This document shows, piece by piece, positions 27,072 through 38,709 of a stretch of DNA of 64,000 nucleotides. The position numbers and the translations under genes are program-made. The notes beneath the pieces were generated by a model that had not been told where the DNA came from, made no database searches, and worked only from the letters and a program-made list of their open reading frames with translations. Origin of the DNA: Octopus sinensis (taxonomy: Eukaryota). Location of the stretch: the NCBI RefSeq assembly GCF_006345805.1, contig NC_043004.1:35402001-35466000 (forward strand), read 5' to 3'. The stretch's first letter is position 1. Every line of letters starts with the position of its first letter.

Positions 27072-27536
27072 ATTGTTTTGATATAAAATATAGGATACAG
27101 CAAATATTCTGCTCAATACCACAGATTTGCTTGTCAGTTGTTTGACCTTAACCTTAATGGCTGATGATATATACAGCTCTGATCACGAGCAGAAGTAGTG
27201 GGGGAGCATCATAGCCCTGTGTTGAGAGGGATTCTTTGGGGTTTGAATAATTCACCTCTGGGAACATGGGTGCTTCGTTCAACATCCTTAAACAACTCTT
27301 ATTCCAGGGATCTTTTGAGCTGGATGGGTTACTCGACAAGAAGAAAATTCTAACTGGGCTCCACCTGCAAGGTCATGCACTGTTTATTTTGATATGGGAT
27401 CACCATATCATGCACGTATGGTTGTGATGCATGTACCTGGTGTACCCTTATCAGATAGGTAGTCATGATGGGTATACTGAGCCTTCATATATTTTACCCC
27501 AGTGTCACTTTGCTGGCATGCACTGCTCTCTTGCTC
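27072..27536 (+). mobile_element. second, shorter copy of the (AAT)n-flanked repeat
   Basis: colinear with about 26577-27054; ends ctgctctcttgctc then (AAT)n. Confidence 0.75.
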
Positions 27537-27537
27537 A

Positions 27538-27585
<48 letters not shown>

Positions 27586-28097
27586 TGGTATAGGCACACA
27601 CCAGAAAAGGTCACAGAAAATGAGAAAGCAACCATACTCTGGGATATGCCGATACACACAGATAGAGAAATTAAGGCCAACAGACCAGATATAGTTGTCA
27701 GAGATCATGAAGAAAAAAAATGCTTTCTAATTGATGTATCAATACCGGCTGATGACAACGTGTCTCTAAAAGAAATAGGAGAAACTCTCAAAATACAAAG
27801 ACCTGGAAATAGAGGTAACTAGAATGTGGAATCTGAAAACAGAAACAATTCCTATCATAGTAGGTGCATTAGGCATGATAAAAAAATATTCAGACAATAC
27901 ATAACAAAAACACCAGGACTTACAAACACATATAACATCACAGAAAATTGCACTACTAGGCACTGCACACATCCTACGCAGAACACTTTCCATACAATAA
28001 CCATCAGAACATCACAACAAATCACAGCACATACCCAAGGCACACAGAGCTGTGCTCGGTAGTGAAGTGAAAGCACGCTATAAAAATAAAACTACTG
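27586..28097 (+). mobile_element. R4/Dong-like non-LTR retrotransposon 3' end (restriction-like endonuclease)
   Basis: WYRHTPEKVTENEKATILWDMPIHTDREIKANRPDIVVRDHEEKKCFLIDVSIP, then after a frameshift KYKDLEIEVTRMWNLKTETIPIIVGALG...LGTAHILRRTLS; PD..D..K motif; (AAT)n on both sides. Confidence 0.9.
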
Positions 28098-28103
28098 AAT
28101 AAC

Positions 28104-28134
<31 letters not shown>

Positions 28135-28157
28135 GTAATAATAATAACAATAATAAT

Positions 28158-28396
28158 ACCCTGTGACCATAATATCACAGCAAAAGAATTTGATAAGCTC
28201 AGAAAATATAAAGATTTGCTAATTGAAATCGAAAACATGTGGCATCTCAAGAAAGTTACAATACCAGTGATTGTGGGAGCACTTGGAATGATCAAAAATG
28301 GAATTGATCATTGGCTTACCATCCATGAAGCAAGTGCAAAAGATTGTCTTAACTGGTAACTGGTCACATGTATTGAGAAGAGCATTGTCAAAGTGA
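28158..28396 (+). mobile_element. second R4/Dong-like endonuclease C-terminal fragment (different subfamily)
   Basis: PCDHNITAKEFDKLRKYKDLLIEIENMWHLKKVTIPVIVGALGMIKNG; directly after (AAT)n. Confidence 0.85.
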
Positions 28397-28640
28397 ATTT
28401 TCTTTCCTTTTTCCTCCTTTATTTTATTTGTTTACTTTTCTATTTTTTATTCTTTTCCTTTTTGTCTCTGTCTTCCCCTTTTCTCTATCACATGACTGTA
28501 AATGAACAAGTTGGTGTACTTGTTTTAATGGCCTACCACTGTATATGTTACGTTTCTCTGATCTAGGTGTCAGGAAGACACTCGGCAAGAAATGGAAACA
28601 GAATTGAAAGATGATGATGATAATAATAATAATAATAATG

Positions 28641-28698
<58 letters not shown>

Positions 28699-28709
28699 CA
28701 ACAACAGAA

Positions 28710-29283
28710 ATCATCATCATCATCATTTAACGTCTGTTGTCCATGCTGGCATGGGTTGGATGGTTTGACTGGGCTGGCAGACTGGAAGGCTGCACTAGGA
28801 TCCAGTCTGATTTGGCATGGTTTTCTACAGCTTGATGCCCTTCCTAACGCCAACCTCTCCAAGAGTGTAATGGGTGCTTTTACGTGTCACCAACATGGCT
28901 GGGTGCCATTTGTGTGACACTGGTATCTACCACAACTGCGATTTTGCTCAGCTTGATGGGTCTTCTTCTCAAGCATGACATAATGCTAAAGGTCTTGGCC
29001 ATTGCCTCCATGAGGGCCAACACTCGAAAGGAATTTGGCCACTTTGCCTCCATGAGGCCTAACACTCAAAAGGAACTTAGCCACCTAACCTCTGTGAGGC
29101 CCATTCAAAAGGAACTCAGCCACCTTGCCCCCGTGAGGCCCAACACTCGAAAGGAACTCAGCCACTTTGCCTCCATTGTAGTTCAATGCTCAAAAGGAAT
29201 TCAACCACATCACTTTTATGAAGCCTACTCAAAATGATCTCAGCCACCTCGCCTCAATGAGGCCCAACACTCAAAAGGAACAA
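28710..29283 (-). mobile_element. RTE 3' UTR and tail carrying a ~41-bp minisatellite
   Basis: (CAT)n tail at 28710; about seven units like gccactttgcctccatgaggcccaacactcgaaaggaactca at 28997-29283. Confidence 0.85.
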
Positions 29284-29454
29284 CTGACACACAAATCTGT
29301 GGTACTGAGCAGAATAGTTGCTGTAACCCATCTTTTATACCAAAACAAAACATGTACCTGATAACACTTCTAATCAGTTAAGATGAGAAGCCATGAGAGC
29401 CACAGCCTGGTACTGCTGCTGTTGCTCCACCACCACCACCACCACCACCACCAA

Positions 29455-29650
29455 GGTAGTGAGCTGGTAGAATCATTAGCATGTTAGGCAAAATGCTCAG
29501 TGATATTCTGAGTTCAAATTTCATTTAGGTTGACCTCGCTTTTCATCCTTCCGGGTCAATAAGATATGTACCAGTTGAGAACTGGGGCCAATGTAATCGA
29601 CTTACCTCTCCCCCTAAAATTGCTGGCCTTGTGCCAAAATTTGAAACCAT
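29455..29650 (+). mobile_element. Nin/Deu-like SINE
   Basis: ggtagtgagctggtagaatcattagc...ctgagttcaaatt...cgcttttcatccttccgggtcaataag. Confidence 0.8.
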
Positions 29651-30599
29651 TGTTATTATTATAATTTATTATTATTGTTATTATTATTATTATTATTAAT
29701 ATTATTATCATTAACATCGTATTTTCAGATGTTTCATGAAAGTCAGGTGCCGCTCCAAATTTCTGAAGTGAATGTCACATTGTGTACTGAAGGTAGAGAA
29801 CGAAGTTTGTCTGCAACATCAGTTTTGTTTTGTTATTTATTTATTGTTATATTGTTTTTTCTATTAACTTACATAAAATATGTTCAATATAGAATGTGTT
29901 ATATCATTAAGTATTTCGTATAAGCTGTACCATTTGTGATGACTATATTAAGCATATGCTATATTGGTTTAATATTATTATTAACCCTTATCTACTTGTT
30001 CAATTAATTTATAATTGATTCTCTAAAAACACTCACTATTAAATTTCTCCACTTATCACTCCATCTTGAAGCAAAATAAAAAAATTATATCATTTTTGTT
30101 TGTTTGTTTCTTTTTTTTTTTGAGTTTGTGTATTTTGGAGAATATGGGCATTTCTGGAGATAGCTCCAAGAAAATTAAATGATTTTTGATTTGATTTTTT
30201 ATTTTTCCAGTTTCAGCTAATGAGCTGTGGCCATGCTGGGGCACCGCCACCAAATTTTATTGGATAAAAATTTTCCATGTCTGAATTATTTTGCAAGTGG
30301 ACAACTCTGGACTATGGTCAGTTATCTCTCTACTTGCACAGGACAAAAGTTCAGACTTTCAGCCGCTTTATTTTTTCCAAAAATTATTTGTATGTTTAAA
30401 ATCTGTAAAATAGGGTTTCTACATGGATGGGGGAGCAAATGATAATAACAAATACAGGAACAGCACCAGCTATGTCCCATCCAAAGAAAATAGTGAAATT
30501 GCTTTGAAATTTACTCAAGTAAAGTCTTAAAAGATGATAAACAGAATTTTTTTTGTTTTTAAGAAATTAGATGAATTGCTGCACCAAATGACATCTTAC

Positions 30600-31340
30600 A
30601 GAGTGGTTCCACAGAGCATCATCATCGACAGATATATTTACCAAATTTACATAAAAATATGTTCAGATACTAAAGAGTAAATTTATTCAATAAAATCATC
30701 ATTGGCTCCAACCACAGCCTCCAGACGACTTTGGAATCTCCGGCAAATCTTCTGAACGGTTTCTTTGTTTAAGTCGGTGAATGCTGCCATAATCCTTGCC
30801 TTCAGTTTGCTTTTGTGTTACGAGGAGTTTTGTTGGTCTCTCACTCAACTGCACCCCACACATAATAATCAAGGGGGTTACAGTCGGAGGAGTTAGGTGG
30901 CCAGATGTTAGGGGTGATGTGGTCACAGAAATTGTTTGACAGCCATAATTGGTTTCTCCTGCTTGTGTGGCATGGTGCAGAGTCCTGTCGCCAGACATAG
31001 AGTCTTCCAGCAGCCACCCTCTTCACTCAGGGCAGCACTACCTCCTCCAGGAACTTGATGAAAGCCTCTGTGCAGAGTCTGAGACTGTGTAGGAAAATGA
31101 ATGGAGGCATGTCACTATCACTAGTCATCACTCCAAACACCATGATGTTCACTGGATGTTTGATTTTTATCACTCTCGGTACATGTCCTCAGATTGACAC
31201 TCAAATACTCTGAAATGTTCGTACTGGAGATTTCAGCATGAATGCCAACAAGTACAGCATGTTATTTCCAAATTTCTGACAGAGTGAATTGCGTGATGCT
31301 GCTGCTTTTCTCACAGACAGTGCCCAATTGCCCTACCGTA
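30600..31340 (-). mobile_element. internally deleted maT/mori-type (DD37D) transposon
   Basis: WRQDSAPCH...WPPNSSDCNPLDY has 37 residues between the second and third D; upstream KHPVNIMVFGV motif; N-terminal piece joined directly to the catalytic region near 31190; stop at 30683. Confidence 0.88.
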
Positions 31341-31429
31341 CTGAGTGGTTGACAAAATCAAAACCAAACAATGCACATGCATGAAACTAAAAATATACAA
31401 TGGTGACAATTTACCCATCACACCATGTA

Positions 31430-31760
31430 TTTTTACGTAAAAAGCACCCACTACACTCACGGAGTGGTTGGCGTTAGGAAGGGCATCAAGCTGTAGAAAC
31501 ATTGCCAGATAAGACTGGAGCCTGGTGCAGCCTTCTGGCTTCCCAGATCCCCGGTCGAACCGTCCAACCCATGCTAGCATGGAGAACGGACGTTAAACGA
31601 TGATGATGATGATATATATATATCGGGCATCCAGCCGTAGAAACATTGCCAGATCAGACTGGGTCTGGTGCAGCTTTCTGGCTTCCCAGACCCCAATTGA
31701 ACCGTCCAACCCATGCTAGCATGGAAAGCAGACGCTAAACGATGATGATGATGATGATAT
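31430..31760 (+). mobile_element. two head-to-tail RTE 3' tails separated by a short (AT)n
   Basis: gggcatc..gc.gtagaaacattgccagat...ccaacccatgctagcatgg...(GAT)n occurs twice. Confidence 0.92.
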
Positions 31761-31769
31761 ATATGTATA

Positions 31770-32153
31770 TTATACAAAATCCGTTCTGTCTGTCTGTGTG
31801 TGTGTGTCTTCGAGGATCTTGGCCATCCTCCATCTGATTGCACTCAAATTTGATATGTAGATACCGACGGTATCAGGGCATGCATAATTCTTGAAAAAAT
31901 TACAAAAATCGATTCCAGGTGAGAATGCGATTGATAAAGCCATGGAAATGTGTATTTGTATGTGCAAGTACATCAGCTGTTGCAATCAATACTACGCGTA
32001 CGTGATAAAAATGCACATGCAGTTTGCGCAAAAAATGCTGGCTGGCTTGAAATAATGCCACAAAATGGGACGGTCAGACAAGTTGTTTTGAGGAAATTTG
32101 GTTTAAATATTTGACAACTCAGTACCGTCCATTGGACAGGGGGCTTCTTGCTC
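31770..32153 (+). mobile_element. non-autonomous Helitron-like element
   Basis: 5' tatacaaaatccgttctgtctgtctgtgtg; 3' hairpin ccgtccattggacagg then ttgctcgt in an (AT)n context. Confidence 0.6.
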
Positions 32154-32589
32154 GTATATATATATATATATAACACATACATATAGGGGTGTGCAGGTGT
32201 GTGTACCTTTAAAATGTCCTCCCATATATCGCATGACATCTCTTACTCGAATCCCTTCATAATATGTCACCATGTTTTTGCACACTCTACATTATCTTTT
32301 CTCTCTTTCTAACCCCTAGCAATAGTCATGTGTATTTGTATCTCTTCAAGCCCTTGTGGCTAATAAAAAAAAACATTGCTATTGTACTATCATCATCATC
32401 ATCGTTACAATCATCATCTTCAATGTCCTTTTCATCATAACGATGCCTCTTTAGAAACACTACTTCTATTATTTCCCTCAGCCATAGAACCAATATAATG
32501 AGTGTATTACCTTGAGATCCAGGAGAATCGGTGAAGTCAGTACATTCAGCATGCAACTGACATTTGTAACAAAAAAGAAATAAAACTTA

Positions 32590-32697
32590 TGAAGATATTT
32601 TGTCTCAATGATATACATACATACATGCATATGTGCATGTACACACACACATGCATATATATATGTATATATATATATATATATTATATATGTGTGT

Positions 32698-32729
<32 letters not shown>

Positions 32730-32911
32730 TATATATATGTACATGTATATGTGTGTGTGTATATATATATATATATTATATATATGTACATGTATATATA
32801 CACACACACATATATATATATATATTATATGTGTTGTGTGTGTTATATAATATACATATTATATATATGACATGTATATGTGTGTGTGGTATATATATGT
32901 ATATATATGTA
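32590..32911. repeat. compound (AT)n/(GT)n/(AC)n microsatellite
   Basis: directly visible. Confidence 0.95.
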
Positions 32912-35900
32912 CATCATCATCATCATCATCATTTAGCGTCCGTTTTCCATGCTAGCATGGGTTGGACGGTTCTACTGGGGTCTGTGAAGCTAGAAGGCTT
33001 CATCAGGCCCAGTCAAATCTGGCAGTGTTTCTACGGCTGGATGCCCTTCCTAACGCCAACCACTCCGTGAGTGTAGTGGGTGCTTTTTACGTGCCACCCG
33101 CACTGGTGCCAGACAGAGCTGGCAAACGGCCACGAAAGGATGGTGCTTTTTATGTGCCACCGGCACGAGGGCCAGGCGAGGCTGGCAACGGACACGAAAC
33201 GGGGCGGTGCTGGCAACGGGCGCGAAACGGAAAGTTCTCTTACATGCCACCGGCACTGGTAACACATCTGCAATTTCCATTGATCGATTTCCATTGATCG
33301 ATTTCGATTCTGATCCTCACTTGCCTCAATGGGTCTTCACAAGCAGAGTTTCGACATGCCACCGGCACTGGTAGCACATCCGCAATTTCCATTGATCGAT
33401 TTCGATTCTGATCCTCACTTGCCTCAACACGTCTTCACAAGTAGAGTTTTGTGTCCCAAGAAGAAGGTATGCATACGTAGGCTGGCTCCATCCCATGTAG
33501 AAGGCCACGGGTTGTGGACTCACTTGTCCTGCCGGGTCTTCTCGCACACAGCACACTTCCAGAGGTCTCGGTCTCTAGTCATTTCCTCAGTGAGACCTAA
33601 AGTTCGAAGGTCGTGCTTCACCACCTCGACCCAGGTTTTCCTGGGTTTGCCTCTCCACAGGTTTCCTCAACCGCTAGGGTGTGGCACTTTTTCACACAAC
33701 TATCTTCATCCATTCTCGCCACATGACCATACCAGCGCAAACGTCTCTCTTGCACACCACAACTGATGCTTCTTAGGTCCAGCTTTTCTCTCAAGGTACA
33801 TACACTCTGCCGAGTGTGAGTACCGGCATTACACATCCATCGGAGCATACTGGCTTCATTTCTAGCGAGCTTACGCATATCCTCAGCAGTCACGGCCATG
33901 TTTCACTGCCATGTAGCATGGCTGTTCGTACACACGCATCATACAGTCTGCCTTTCACTCTGTGCGAGAGGCCGCTTTGTCACCAGCAGAGGTAAGAGCT
34001 CTCTGAACTTTGCCAAGCTATTCTTACTCTAGCAGTTACACTTTCAGCACACCGCCCCCCGCTGCTGACTTGGTCACCTAGGTAACGGAAACTATCAACT
34101 ATTTCTAGTTTTTCTCCCTGGAAAGTGACGGAAGTTGGTCTCAGAGCATTTTCCGTGTTTATTGTTCCTGAGCATCTGCCACATACAAAAACCATCTTCC
34201 TAGTTAGCCTTCCTTGACATTGCTGCATCTCTTATGTGTCCATAGCTTACACTTGGTGCATCTTATAGAGTTTCTACCTACACCTTTTCTACAGATCGAG
34301 CAGGGCCATCTACCTGAAGGTGTTTGTGATTTGTCTACCTTCCTACTGATTACAACTTTGGTTTTAGCTAGATTGACTCTGAGGCCCTTCGATTCTAATC
34401 CTTGTTTCCACACCTGAAACTTCTCCTCCAGTTCTGATAGCGACTCAGCAATTAGAGCAAGGTCATCAGCATAGAGGAGCTCCCAAGGGCATCCTGTCTT
34501 GAATTCCTCCGTTATTGCCTGGAGGACTATGATAAATAGGAGGGGGCTGAGTACTGAGCCTTGGTGGACCCCTACCTCTACCCGGAATTCTTCACTGTAC
34601 TCATTTCCAACCCTCACCCTACTAGCGGCGTCCCTATACATGGCCCGCACAGCTCTCACTAACCATTCATCTATCCCTAGTTTTCTCATTGGCCACCAGA
34701 TAAGGGATCGGGGGACCCTGTCGAAGGCTTTCTCCATGTCAACAAAAGCCAGGTACAGGGGCTTATCTTTGGCTAGGTATTTCTCCTGCAGCTGCCTTAC
34801 CAGGAATATAGCATCAGTAGTACTTTCCCTGGCACAAACCCAAACTGCATTTCATCTAAACTAACTCTCTCTCTAATTAGTTGGGCTATGACCCTCTCCA
34901 TAACCTTCATCACCTGGTCCAACAGCTTGATACCTCTGTAGTTATTTGTATCTAGGGCATCACCTTTACCTTGTAGCAGTTGACTATTATATGCTACACC
35001 AGTCATGGGTATGACCCCTTTGTGTATCACCTGATTAACTATATGGGTGACTAGGCTATAGCCGACACTACCAGACATTTTGAGCATCTCTGCAGTGATT
35101 CCTGATGGGCCTGGGGCTTTCCCTGTCTTCATGCTTCTAATTGCCTTAGCTACCACAGAACTATCAACTCGGATAGCTGGTCCCTCTGTGGGTCAACATT
35201 CGGCAGACTCTCTTTATCCCATTCATTTCTTCATTCAGCAACCTTTCATAGTGGCATCTCCAAACCTCTCTCTTCGCATCCTCATTTAGCGCAAGTGAAC
35301 CATCTTCCATGCGAACACACTTCTCTCCTACCACATCACGATTCTCTCTCACACACTGTCTTGCAACACGAAACACCTCCAGTCTTTGGTCCTCACGGCG
35401 CAGAACATTGGCAAATTTTCTTATCTGCTTCCCCTCTGGCTAAATAACCTGTCTCCTAGCTTCTCTTTTGGCAGTCTGATACAATTCCCTGCTACCCCCA
35501 TTTTTCCAGACCTTCCAAGCCTGTCTCTTTTCTCTAATAGCCCTGTCTACAATATTGTTCCACCACCACGTTATTCTAGGTCGAGAGGGGACTTTGCACC
35601 AGCCACAGATCTGGTCAGTGGCTCTCAGCAGGTTGTCCCTTAGAAACGTCCAGCTGTCTTCTACCCCTGTGATGCTCTATCCCCTTCTACTTCGTCAGAG
35701 GCTTCAAGTAATATGTCCCTAAATCTCTGTCCATTTGCAGGATCTTTAAGCTTCCAGATCCTTCTTCTCCATATTTGTCGTCTTCTGGTTGTCCTCCTAG
35801 TCCTGATCCTAAAGTCACTAACTACCAGTCTATGTTGTGGGGTACATTCTTCACCTGGGAAGGTTTTGGCATTTATAAGCAGCCATCTCCCCTTTGCCTT

Positions 35901-36708
35901 GTAAGGATGTAGTCAATTTGGCTGGTATGTTGGCCCGATTGGTAAGTGACTAGGTGGCTGGTAGGTTTCCTGAAGTTAGTGTTGCAAATCATAAGATATT
36001 TGCATCGCAGAACTCCAGCAGCCTGATCCCTTCCTCGTTGCGGGAGCCATAGCCATAGCCTCCATGTACGCCATGGAAGCCCCCAGCATGTCGTCCAACG
36101 TGACCATTGAAGTCACCAGCCACAAAGATAAGGTCTCTGTCATTCGTCAATGAGGTAGTCTGCAGTAGAGTGTCATAGAATCGGTCTTTCTGTCCATCGG
36201 GTAGCCCGACTGAGGAGCATAGGCTGATATAATGGTTGCTAAACTATGATGAAGCACTAATCTAATCTTAAGTATTCTGTCACTTACTCTGATTACCTCA
36301 ATTACTTTATCTACCCATTTCCCAGCGATAAGTATACCCACGCCACCAACCCCGTCAGTGTTCCCTGCCCAGAAAATCTTGTACCTGCGTTCCTTGCCTG
36401 TGAGGAACCTAGCTGATCCTCCTCTCCACCTTATTTCTTGCATGCAACATATATCCACACATCTCCGTTCAAGCATCTCGACTATCTCACCAGACCTACC
36501 TTTCAGAGTGCCAACGTTGAGGGTGCCAACCCTGAGGGTGTGGAAGGCATGGGCTCTAGAGATGGGCAGGGAACACTGACGGGGTTGGTGGCGTGGGTAT
36601 ACTTATCGCTGAGAAATGGGTAGATAAAGTAATTGAGGTAATCAGAGTAAGTGACAGAATACTTAAGATTAGATTAGTGCTTCATCATAGTTTAGCAACC
36701 ATTATATC
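32912..36708 (-). mobile_element. near-complete RTE-clade LINE with 5' inverted duplication
   Basis: APE (LRVGTLNVG, CMQEIRW, AYAPQ, GDFNGHVG), RT (KAPGPSG, DMEKAFDRV, GVHQGSVLSPLLF, LYADDL), long 3' UTR and (GAT)n tail; 36563-36708 is the reverse complement of 36226-36371. Confidence 0.96.
33520..36562 (-). pseudogene. RTE APE-RT polyprotein, broken by several frameshifts
   Basis: ORF-track pieces 36147-36476, 35164-35376, 34797-35156, 34204-34737, 33980-34228 and 33618-33899 are consecutive parts of one RTE ORF. Confidence 0.92.
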
Positions 36709-36919
36709 CATATTTAACAACATAGTGAAGAGATGACACACTATCGGTAAAGAAATTTGATAAGAAAATACAAAACTGGTTATTTCTTCAAAAACAATGT
36801 TACTATACGCAAAATTTTATAACATTTTTCTAACATAACAATTTAAAAATATTCTTTAACCATATAACACAATCCTTCTGTAGCTTTTCACTCTATTTTG
36901 TCTTTTATATATATATATA

Positions 36920-37288
36920 CTAGCAGTATCGCCCGGCGTTGCTCGGGTTTGTAAGGGAAATAACTATAAAGCATTTTTAGAGAGTTATAGCCAAAAAATG
37001 GAAAAAAAATGATGGTAATTTTTTTTAGTTAAAAAGGTCGAGTTGCGTCCCCATGACAGTCTGTGGTTTGTGTTTCTGATTCTCGACCTCATGTCGAATT
37101 TATCGATTTTTTTCAGAACTGGGGGAACTTTTCAAAATTTTCGCTGCGTTAGTTTTGAATTATGACATTGGGCTATGTGTGTGTCACGTTTCATCAGAAT
37201 CAGTTGAAAGCCGTGGTCAGGGTGAGGTTACAACCGAACAGACACACAGAAACACACACAGACAAACTGCCGTTTATATATAGAAAGA
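36920..37288 (-). mobile_element. non-autonomous Helitron (5' TC, 3' hairpin plus CTAG, A/T target)
   Basis: reverse complement starts A|TCtttctatatataaac and ends cccgagcaacgccgggcgatactgCTAG|T. Confidence 0.85.
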
Positions 37289-37341
37289 TATATTTATAAT
37301 AAGTGTAGGTGGCGTACGAGTGGGTGTATATTTATAAAAAG

Positions 37342-37643
37342 AAGTTTGAAAACGCTACTGTATAAGATAAATTTTAATCTTCTTTGAGATTTTACATGTT
37401 TCGGTTCTTTTTAAAAAAACGAACCTTAATAAAAATATTTTTAAAAGTTAAGTGTAATAAAAAAGTTCATAATTGTTTCTGACTAGTCTCAACAGAGTCC
37501 ACGTGGTGGTGTTTTGTTGGGGGATCATAATGGCTGTCTTGCGCGTTGACTGTAGTTGTGAAAATAACCAGTGGTCAAAACAGCAGTAGTTGCAGTTGCT
37601 ACTAAAATTAAAATTTATCTTATATAGTAGCGTTTTCAAACTT
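37342..37643. repeat. 37-bp inverted repeat, ~228-bp spacer
   Basis: 37342-37378 vs 37607-37643, one mismatch. Confidence 0.85.
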
Positions 37644-38014
37644 ATATATATAGTGGGGTTTATCCCTCGGTTCCATTCTCATAATTGTTTTGCTAATCCA
37701 ATAACAATATAAAGTGTGTATCCCGTAGAACAGTTTTTGTACATTTACAGAGAATACCAAACTGTCTTACAGAGAATCTTGTCTTAGGAATACCCAATAA
37801 TTTCTGAATACCCAAATTGTGAAGTCAGTAATGTAATAACGTGAAATTAGTTACCCAGTTGTAAGAATTCAAATAACTTAGCCCCTAAAAGGGCTTTAAT
37901 GCATCCCAGAATATGTAGAACATAGAAGAAAATACTAATAAGGTATGTCTACTAAAATCGTGAAGCATGTTATGTAATAATGGCTAATCAGATATGAGAT
38001 AATAATATATATGC

Positions 38015-38709
38015 ATATATGTGTGTATATATACATGTATATATATAAGTATAAGGTGTTTTATGAGCATTTATTGAACACGTATCCTATATAAACTCAA
38101 CAAACAATTAAAGATGGAGAAGAGAAAATGTTAAGAGTTTTATAAAATTTTAATCCATGCATACGATCATCTTGAATGGTAACACCAACATGTAAAGAAA
38201 CATAGAAAAAATTAAATTAATTATAATCAAATTAATGTAATTACATATTACCATTCTCCTCAGTGCAAAAAGAAGAATACATCAGAAAGAAAGTATCAGA
38301 AGAATATTATGTTGGTACAGAAGACTATATGGAGTCCGTGTCGCATAACTCATTCGGATATTCATAAAATGATCATGAAGGATGAAATAACATGCTTAGG
38401 TAGTGCTGAGTCTAGTTGTGTAAGAACTAATACTCAGTTTTAATTCTTACACAACTAGACTTAACACTAATATGTAATTAAATTAATTTAATTACATTTT
38501 ATAATTAATTTCATTTTTTCCATGTTTCTTATATGTTGGTGGTTACCATTCGAAATGATTGTATGCATAGATGAAAATTTTATAAAACTCTTAACATCTC
38601 TTCTCCATCTTTGATTGTTTATTGAGTTTATATAGGATACATGTTCTATAAATGCTCACAACACACCTTATACTTATATATATATACATGTATATATACA
38701 CACATATAT
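38015..38709. repeat. long imperfect inverted repeat (~236-bp arms) with internal 24-bp hairpin
   Basis: 38015-38250 vs 38468-38709; hairpin 38403-38426 vs 38444-38467. Confidence 0.9.

Noticed and set aside
28997-29283. ~41-bp repeat array resembling CRISPR
   Set aside because: Units are contiguous with no unique spacers, lie in an RTE 3' UTR, and the DNA is eukaryotic with no cas genes.
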